Assembly: GCA_023461035.1 (NCBI GenBank)
Contig: JAEWOD010000037.1
Span: forward strand, 1,057-65,056
Length of the DNA stretch: 64,000 bases
Source of the DNA: Bacteroidota bacterium
Lineage (GTDB): Bacteria; Bacteroidota; Bacteroidia; Flavobacteriales; Weeksellaceae
Reading direction: 5' to 3'
Both the position numbers and the translations under genes were made by a program. This document shows, piece by piece, positions 57,224 through 64,000 of the stretch (position 1 is its first letter; every line of letters starts with the position of its first letter). Below the pieces are notes generated by a model. That model worked only from the letters and a program-made list of their open reading frames with translations. It did not search any database and was not told where the DNA came from.

Positions 57224-58609
57224 TTAATGTGCATGATCATGGTCGTGATCATGGTCGTGATCATGATGATGGTGTTTATTTTTTTCCTCCATCAACTTTA
57301 CAAACTCATCAAATGTAACCTTTTTCTCTTTCAATTTGGCATTGTCCTTAAATGTCTGCATCATTTTGTCAGCAAACACCTGATCGGCCATGCGCTGGAA
57401 TTCCTGTTGGTTTTGCAATGAACCCTGAACGATTCTCTCCAAATCCTCTTCCGGCATATTGGTCTGGCCGTACATCGCCAATTGTTCTTTGATGATATTG
57501 CGCATTGCGGCTTCCACATCTGCAAATTCCACTTTCAGATCGTAAGCTTCTGCTACTTTGGATTCGATCAACTGATAACGCAAACCACTTTCTTCTTTTT
57601 TCAATTGTTCGGCAGCGTGCTCAACAGAATCAATTTTATCATTGGAGAAAACCAACCAACGAGACAAAAAGTCAGTCGGAAGATCAAATTTTGTTTCTTT
57701 GATTAATTCTTCCACCACCTCATTCATCATTTGTTTGTCGGTTTCACGTGTGTACATTTTTTCCGCTTCGTCTTTTATTTTTTGACGAAATTCTTTTTCA
57801 GAACTCACTGCACCTTCACCATATACTTTATCAAATAAAGATTGATCCACAGCCGATGGTTCCATAGCCGTAATTTCCAAAATTTCAAATTGCAATTGCC
57901 CGTCAAACTCGGCTGCTTTTTCTGCTGTCCAATTAAGGATTTGTTCCAAATTAACAGCGTCTTCAGAGATTTCTTTTGATTTTACAACTACAATATCTCC
58001 TACTTTTTTACCGATGAATTTTTTAGGCTTCGCCAATTCATCCACAAACAAATAGGATTCTTTTTCGCTTCCTTCCACTGCATTTTTATCAGCATCCAGT
58101 TCTTTCATCAACACTTTAACGTTGGCTCCATCTTCTACTTTTTCCAAAGTTTTCATGGTTCCGAAACGCTTTGCAAAATTGTCGATGTATTTTTGGATTT
58201 CTTCATCACTCACTTCGATTTTATAAGTGTCAGCTTTAATTTTACTCAAATCCACTTTAAAGTCGGGTGCCAGTCCCAATTCGAATTCGAAGTTCAACGT
58301 ATCGGCATCCCAATCCATATCATCTTGTGCTTTTGGAAGCGGATTTCCCAAAAGTGAAATTTTTTCTTTTTGGATAAAATCGTTGATTCCTGTTTGAAGA
58401 AGTTGGTTTACTTCGTCAAAAATGATGCTTTTCTCAAATTGCTTTTTAACAAAGCTCATCGGCACCTGGCCTTTTCTGAATCCCTTTATGGAAGCATTTT
58501 TTCTATAATTATTCAAGGCTTTTTCAACCTTTTCCTGATAATCGTTTTTTTCAATCGAAACGGTAAGTACAGCATTTAAATCGTCGATACTGTTTTGGGT
58601 AATGTTCAT
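57224..58609 (-). CDS. tig: Trigger factor with His/Asp-rich C-terminal tail
   Basis: GFRKGQVP ribosome-binding motif; upstream of clpP; TACCTTTG element at 58632-58639. Confidence 0.92.
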   Translation of the reverse strand: MNITQNSIDDLNAVLTVSIEKNDYQEKVEKALNNYRKNASIKGFRKGQVPMSFVKKQFEKSIIFDEVNQLLQTGINDFIQKEKISLLGNPLPKAQDDMDWDADTLNFEFELGLAPDFKVDLSKIKADTYKIEVSDEEIQKYIDNFAKRFGTMKTLEKVEDGANVKVLMKELDADKNAVEGSEKESYLFVDELAKPKKFIGKKVGDIVVVKSKEISEDAVNLEQILNWTAEKAAEFDGQLQFEILEITAMEPSAVDQSLFDKVYGEGAVSSEKEFRQKIKDEAEKMYTRETDKQMMNEVVEELIKETKFDLPTDFLSRWLVFSNDKIDSVEHAAEQLKKEESGLRYQLIESKVAEAYDLKVEFADVEAAMRNIIKEQLAMYGQTNMPEEDLERIVQGSLQNQQEFQRMADQVFADKMMQTFKDNAKLKEKKVTFDEFVKLMEEKNKHHHHDHDHDHDHDHAH

Positions 58610-58653
58610 CTGTCTAAAAAATTTTGGTCTGCAAAGGTAAGGATTTAAATAGA

Positions 58654-58681
58654 ATTTCAGATTCTGGATTTCAGATTTTAG
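58654..58681. repeat. Heptamer tandem array (ATTTCAG-type)
   Basis: atttcag attctgg atttcag attttag. Confidence 0.6.
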
Positions 58682-58780
58682 AATTGAGTTTGATAAGGTT
58701 ATATTTAAGAATCAAATTGCTTAATTTATTCGTTATGAAAAACAATTTTAAAATTCTAAACTTCCTATTTTAGCAAACTA

Positions 58781-58825
58781 AACCTCCAAGGTTATTACTT
58801 GGCATTTTAAATAACCTTGGAGGTT
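58781..58825. repeat. Perfect 16-bp inverted repeat (REP doublet-like)
   Basis: aacctccaaggttatt-13nt-aataaccttggaggtt; each arm is itself an imperfect palindrome. Confidence 0.8.
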
Positions 58826-58843
58826 AATATAAATTGAATTCAA

Positions 58844-59314
58844 ATGAAGACCGGAAAATTAATTCTAAAAATATTTGCTGTCCTCATTCTCTGCATTTCG
58901 CTTTTTTATGCTTTTATTTTTTGCACTAAGAATGAAGAAAGTGGCGTTAAATTCGGCAATATTATTACGGATTATCAAAATTTCTATTCAAATCTAATTT
59001 TTAGAAATAATATAAAAAAAGTGCTAAATCATAATGAAGATGGATTGATTTATCTGGTTGAAATTCCAACCGGAGGAGCTCATGGATATGAAATGGGATA
59101 TATTATCACTCAGATTATTTATAAAGTTGGTGAACAAAATTTCAAATCAATGCTTTTGAATTTAAGTTATGAACAGCAACTAAATGCCTTGAGTTATATT
59201 GATGTAGGTTTGGAATATGGTGACAATGACTATGATGGTGAGATGGATAATACAAAATTTGAGGATGAATTTCCTATTTTATATGAATACTACAATTCTA
59301 TGCGCGATAAATAA
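58844..59314 (+). CDS. Hypothetical protein with N-terminal membrane anchor
   Basis: 156-aa AT-rich ORF; no family recognised. Confidence 0.55.
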   Translation: MKTGKLILKIFAVLILCISLFYAFIFCTKNEESGVKFGNIITDYQNFYSNLIFRNNIKKVLNHNEDGLIYLVEIPTGGAHGYEMGYIITQIIYKVGEQNFKSMLLNLSYEQQLNALSYIDVGLEYGDNDYDGEMDNTKFEDEFPILYEYYNSMRDK

Positions 59315-59451
59315 ACCGAAAAGTTCACCACATTCATTTGAATAATAATTCCGAATTTACAGAGATTATGTTTCTATAAAACTTGAACCTTTTTTATTCC
59401 GAGTATTTCATTTAATTTCTCCAACTCATAACTCTCAACTCCCCAACTCCC

Positions 59452-60414
59452 TCAAAGCACTTCTTTCAAAATCTTCACCACCACATCCGGTTTGCTCATC
59501 GTGTAGAAATGCAAAAGCGGAATTCCATTCTGAATTAATTCTTTGGATTGCTTGATCGTCCATTCGATCCCGATTTCCCGCACTTCTTTGTTGTCTTTGG
59601 CCTTGACTAATTCATCTGCCAGATCATCGGGCAAATCCACATGAAAGGTTTTGGGCAATGCCGTGATTTGCGCTTGTGTTGTAATCGGTTTCAACCCTGG
59701 AATAATAGGGACTTCGATTCCCATTTTGCGACATTTGGATTCGAAATCAAAGAACTTTTCATTGTCAAAAAACATTTGAGTAACGATATATTCCGCTCCC
59801 AAATCCACTTTCTTTTTTAGGTAATTCAAATCGATATTCAGATTAGGAGCTTCAAAATGTTTTTCCGGATAACCTGCCACTCCGATGCAGAAATCGGTTT
59901 TCGAACTGTTCAGCAAATCATCGTCTAAGTATTTCCCCTGATTCAAATTTACAATTTGTTCCAGTAATTCAGAAGCATACCGATGACCATTTGGCTCCGC
60001 CATAAAAGTCGTTTCGGTTTTAACCGGATCGCCACGCAAAACCAATAAATTATCAATTCCCAAAAAGTTCAATTCGATCAAAGCATTTTCGGTATCTTCT
60101 TTGTCAAATCCGCCGCAAATGATATGCGGAATCGCATCTATTTTATAATGATTTTGAATCGCCGCACAAATCGCTACCGTTCCGGGACGTTTCCGAACGC
60201 TTTTGCGCTCCAGAAGTCCGTTTGGGTGTTTTTTATAAACAAATTCTTCTCGGTGATAGGTCACGTCAATAAACGCCGGATTAAATTCTGTCAAAGGATC
60301 AAGCGTATCAAAAATATGCTGAATATTCTGGCCTTTTACGGGTGGTAAAATCTCAACCGAAAAAGCCGGTTTGTTCTTTACTTTTGCGTTTTCTATGTGT
60401 TGGGTTACTTTCAT
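59452..60414 (-). CDS. metF: Methylenetetrahydrofolate reductase
   Basis: SVEILPP, DVTY, LRGD, VAGYPEKH, TQMFFD and LHFYTM motifs. Confidence 0.94.
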   Translation of the reverse strand: MKVTQHIENAKVKNKPAFSVEILPPVKGQNIQHIFDTLDPLTEFNPAFIDVTYHREEFVYKKHPNGLLERKSVRKRPGTVAICAAIQNHYKIDAIPHIICGGFDKEDTENALIELNFLGIDNLLVLRGDPVKTETTFMAEPNGHRYASELLEQIVNLNQGKYLDDDLLNSSKTDFCIGVAGYPEKHFEAPNLNIDLNYLKKKVDLGAEYIVTQMFFDNEKFFDFESKCRKMGIEVPIIPGLKPITTQAQITALPKTFHVDLPDDLADELVKAKDNKEVREIGIEWTIKQSKELIQNGIPLLHFYTMSKPDVVVKILKEVL

Positions 60415-60524
60415 ATTTTTTCGCTTTGCGAAGTTCTTCTTTAATTTTTCTCTGTGAACTTTGTGGTTTCATTGGATACTTCATGGTTAAACTTCATAAC
60501 TACGAGATGTATAATTCCAATCAT

Positions 60525-61784
60525 TTAAAATAATTTATTCAATGCGTTTTTCAAATTAGATAATATATCGGGAATATCTGATTGCGAAGTCGTTCCAACC
60601 GAAAGGCGATACCAGGTGGAATCACTCGGCGTACCAAAAGCATAAAAAGGCACCAATGCCACACCGGCTTCTTTCAACAGATAATTTGTGATGTCCGGCA
60701 CCGAATTCAACACAATTCCGCCTTGGGTTTGTTTGCCAATCAAATCAAATTTCACGGTCAGATAAAGTGCCGCTTCCGGCTCGATCACATCCACCGGAAA
60801 ACCTTCCGATTTCAGTTCGGAAAATCCTTTATAAAATTCATCCAAACGATAAGACAATTCCGATTTGATTTGGGTCAAATAATTTTTTGCTTCCGTAGAG
60901 TTTTCCAGATAATGCGCTGTTGCCACTTGTTCCGGCTTGGGTGCCCAAGCACCGATATGTCCAAGAATATCTTTCATTTTATTAATAATGTCAGCCGGCC
61001 CAAACGCCCACCCGACACGCACACCCGTTGCGGCAAATGCCTTGGAAATTCCGTCAATGAAAATCGTATAATCGCGCATTTCCTGATTCAGTGAAACCGG
61101 ATTATAATGCCGGGTTTCTCCATAAGTTAACTGCCAATAAATCTGATCATAAAGCAAATAAAGAGGCTTTAGACTCAATTCATTTCTTCGCTTATTTTCA
61201 GCCACAATTAATGCACATATTTTCTCTAAATCATCCTTTTCAAATGTAGTTCCGGTCGGATTCAAAGGAGAACAAACCGCAATCAGATTTACTTCTTGAA
61301 TATAGGGTTCAATTTCGGCAGCAGTAGGCATGAATTTGTTTTCCGGCTTCGTTTCGAGAACGATTTCTTTATTTCTTGCCAAATAGGTATACGCATCATT
61401 ATTCCAGGACGGAGTCGGATACAAAACCGTATCATCCAAATCCAAAATTGTCTGATATACCGCATAAATCAAAGGCCGTGCACCTCCCGAAATCAGAATT
61501 TCATTTTCAGAATAATCCAATTCCAAATGTTTTTTCAAATATCCCGAAACGGATTGGCGGAGAATAGCTTCCCCATTTCCCATCGGATAATTGGTCAAAT
61601 CATTTTCGTATGCTTTTACGATAAGCGATTTTAATTCCTGAGGAATGGGAAAAATTTTCGAATCAAAATCACCAATTGTCAGGTTGTATATTTTTTCACC
61701 TTTTGCCTGAAGCGATTTAACTTCACCGGCAATTTTGATGATTTCCGAGCCTTTCAGATTTTCAGAGAGTTGTGATGTTTTCAT
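60525..61784 (-). CDS. PLP-dependent class I/II aminotransferase
   Basis: SPLNPTG, YDQIY and GISKAFAATGVRVG motifs. Confidence 0.92.
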   Translation of the reverse strand: MKTSQLSENLKGSEIIKIAGEVKSLQAKGEKIYNLTIGDFDSKIFPIPQELKSLIVKAYENDLTNYPMGNGEAILRQSVSGYLKKHLELDYSENEILISGGARPLIYAVYQTILDLDDTVLYPTPSWNNDAYTYLARNKEIVLETKPENKFMPTAAEIEPYIQEVNLIAVCSPLNPTGTTFEKDDLEKICALIVAENKRRNELSLKPLYLLYDQIYWQLTYGETRHYNPVSLNQEMRDYTIFIDGISKAFAATGVRVGWAFGPADIINKMKDILGHIGAWAPKPEQVATAHYLENSTEAKNYLTQIKSELSYRLDEFYKGFSELKSEGFPVDVIEPEAALYLTVKFDLIGKQTQGGIVLNSVPDITNYLLKEAGVALVPFYAFGTPSDSTWYRLSVGTTSQSDIPDILSNLKNALNKLF

Positions 61785-61791
61785 ACTTTAA

Positions 61792-62212
61792 ATGTTGGAT
61801 GATGGATGATGGAAGCTGTATCTATTTCACTTTCCACCATAACATCTATTTATATATTTTAAATCGTGGTGCATTATCAATCAAAAGACAATTTTGTCAC
61901 AATTTTTGTTTACTACACTCCGTTTCGATACAAAAATATGCGCCAAAACTGAAATCTTTTTATTTTCTTTCCCCGAATTTCATTCGGGGTTATAAATAGT
62001 TGACTCCTATGGAGTCATGCTTTTTATATCCTATTTACTGTCAGTAAATTATTTGTTGTAACATAATGCACTACGGGTAATTTTACTCTTTGTAAACTTT
62101 GTAGTTTATTTTTCCAACCACAACGAACACGAAGTTTTTTTACACGAAGAACACTATTTTTTATTTTAATTCAATATTTCAAAATTCAACTCCCCTCCTT
62201 GGAGAGGTTGGG
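61792..62212. repeat. Cluster of several short repeat and palindrome families
   Basis: ATGATGG heptamers 61792-61812; ccccgaat-ttc-attcgggg 61971-61989; tgactcc-tat-ggagtca 62001-62017; ctttgt/acacgaag repeats ~62088-62153; cccctccttggagagg ~62192-62207. Confidence 0.65.
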
Positions 62213-62219
62213 CTGGCTT

Positions 62220-64000
62220 TTAATATTCTGCTAAATTAGGCGACAGCCACTTCTCTGCCAATTCCAATTCGATATTTTTTCGCTTCGCAAAATCTTCCAC
62301 CTGATCCATTTTAATTTTTCCTACTCCGAAATATTTCGCTTCCGGATTCCCGAAATAATATCCTGAAACCGAGGACACCGGCAACATTGCCAGAGATTCC
62401 GTCAATTCGATTCCCGTTCTTTCTTTTACATTCAATAACTCCCAGATAGTCAGTTTTTCCAGATGGTCGGGACAAGCCGGATAACCCGGTGCCGGCCGGA
62501 TTCCTTTGTAATTTTCTTTAATCAATTCTTCGTTGGACAAAACCTCACCGGCACTATAACCCCAGAACTCAGTTCGGACTTTTTTATGCAAATATTCGGC
62601 ATAGGCTTCTGCAAAACGGTCTGCCAGTGCTTTGACCATAATCGAATTATAATCATCATTCTTTTCTTCAAAGCTCCTCGCAAAATCCGAAATTTCCTGT
62701 CCGGCCGTAACTGCAAAACAGCCGATGTAATCCTCGATGCCCGATTCTTTCGGGGCAATGAAATCGGACAATGAAAAATTCGGCAGGTTTTTGGATTTTT
62801 TGGATTGCTGGCGAAGCGAAATAAATTGATTCAAATAATTCCCTTCTGCATCCGAAACTTCAATCACATCATCCTCGACTGTATTGGCTTTGAATAAACC
62901 ATAAATTCCTTTCGGCTTTGCAATTCCCTCTTTTTCAATTCTTTCCAACATAACCAACGTATCCTGATACAACTTTTTTGCTTCCGTACCGATGATTTCA
63001 TCTTCCAGCAAATCCGGAAATTTCCCATGCAGTTCCCAGGTTTTAAAATACGGCGTCCAGTCTATGAACTCTCGCAATTCGGAAACGGAAGTTTCGTGCG
63101 TGAAAACCCCTAATTGCTTTGGTTTGAATGGTTTATTGACTTCGAAATTAACTTTGTATTTATTTTTTCTTGCTTCGCCAATGGTTAAATATTCTTTTTT
63201 TACGGTTCTCGAAAGAAATCCGTCACGGATTTTGTCGTATTCTTTATGGGTTTCGACCAAAAAACTATTTTGTCCTTCACTGATCAATTTGGTTGCCACC
63301 GGAACTGAACGGGAAGCGTCCAGAATGTGGATTACAGATGGATATTCCGGCGCGATTTTTACTGCCGTATGCGCTTTAGAAGTCGTCGCACCTCCGATCA
63401 GCAACGGCAGATTCATATTACGTTTCTTCATTTCTCTGGCTACATGAACCATTTCGTCCAGTGAGGGCGTAATCAATCCGCTCAATCCGATCATATCTAC
63501 CTTTGCATTCACGGCTTCTTCCAGAATTTTATCAGCCGGAACCATCACTCCTAAATCAATGATTTCAAATCCGTTACAACTCAAAACCACCGAAACGATG
63601 TTCTTCCCTATGTCGTGAACATCTCCTTTTACAGTCGCCATCAGCACTTTTGAAGGTTCTTTGTCCGATTTGTTTCTGCGTTTTTCTTCTTCCAAATATG
63701 GCGTAAGATAAGCCACCGCCTTTTTCATTACCCGCGCGGATTTGACTACTTGCGGCAAAAACATTTTCCCCGCCCCAAACAAATCACCTACTACATTCAT
63801 TCCGTCCATGAGTGGTCCTTCGATGACTTTTAAAGGTGACTCGATTTTGGCTAATGCTTCGGCGGTATCTTCATCTATGAATTCGGTGATTCCTTTTACG
63901 AGCGAATGTTCAATTCGTTTTTCCAACAACCAATTCCGCCATTCGTCGTCCTTCTTTTTGGTTTTGGCTTCTCCTTTTACATTTTCCGCAAAGTCAATCA
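62220..64000 (-). CDS. metH: Cobalamin-dependent methionine synthase (C-terminal part; the frame runs off the window)
   Basis: [24 protein letters not shown]12 motif, SGLITPSL and [12 protein letters not shown]. Confidence 0.96.
   Translation of the reverse strand, partial: IDFAENVKGEAKTKKKDDEWRNWLLEKRIEHSLVKGITEFIDEDTAEALAKIESPLKVIEGPLMDGMNVVGDLFGAGKMFLPQVVKSARVMKKAVAYLTPYLEEEKRRNKSDKEPSKVLMATVKGDVHDIGKNIVSVVLSCNGFEIIDLGVMVPADKILEEAVNAKVDMIGLSGLITPSLDEMVHVAREMKKRNMNLPLLIGGATTSKAHTAVKIAPEYPSVIHILDASRSVPVATKLISEGQNSFLVETHKEYDKIRDGFLSRTVKKEYLTIGEARKNKYKVNFEVNKPFKPKQLGVFTHETSVSELREFIDWTPYFKTWELHGKFPDLLEDEIIGTEAKKLYQDTLVMLERIEKEGIAKPKGIYGLFKANTVEDDVIEVSDAEGNYLNQFISLRQQSKKSKNLPNFSLSDFIAPKESGIEDYIGCFAVTAGQEISDFARSFEEKNDDYNSIMVKALADRFAEAYAEYLHKKVRTEFWGYSAGEVLSNEELIKENYKGIRPAPGYPACPDHLEKLTIWELLNVKERTGIELTESLAMLPVSSVSGYYFGNPEAKYFGVGKIKMDQVEDFAKRKNIELELAEKWLSPNLAEY

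Noticed and set aside
61785..62219. SAM or cobalamin riboswitch near the met genes
   Set aside because: No recognisable aptamer core; the interval is filled with repeat families and the metH leader lies outside the window

Overview
A chromosomal window from a Flavobacteriales bacterium (Weeksellaceae-like by inference from gene families, T9SS cargo and many TAnnTTTG promoter elements). Housekeeping blocks: phoH; a MarR-led beta-oxidation operon; GH31-glgB-glgA-glgC; holA-nhaA; a SanA-like-udk-FtsB-like-methylmalonyl-CoA mutase cluster; an Mpl-like ligase; RDD/SpoIIM/MoxR/DUF58; tig-clpP-clpX; and metH-aminotransferase-metF. No rRNA, tRNA, CRISPR array or intact transposase was seen. The main leads are: (1) two four-helix-bundle genes inside the fad operon, each bracketed by its own pair of inverted 7-mer tandem arrays, one carrying an in-frame amber codon; (2) a candidate sigma-54-driven ~90-nt sRNA displaying two UUUUCAU (anti-AUGAAAA) motifs; (3) two loci where a large T9SS cargo gene is followed by a tiny signal peptide/Pro-rich/PID/TM peptide gene; (4) an AT-rich cassette encoding a TPR-AraC regulator, an RPPP-tailed secreted protein, a lectin adhesin without a T9SS signal, a small protein sharing the adhesin's C-terminal module, and an HTH pair; (5) an SdpAB-like HTTM gene pair between clpP and clpX; (6) several composite intergenic repeat families. 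All calls come from reading the sequence; no database searches were run.
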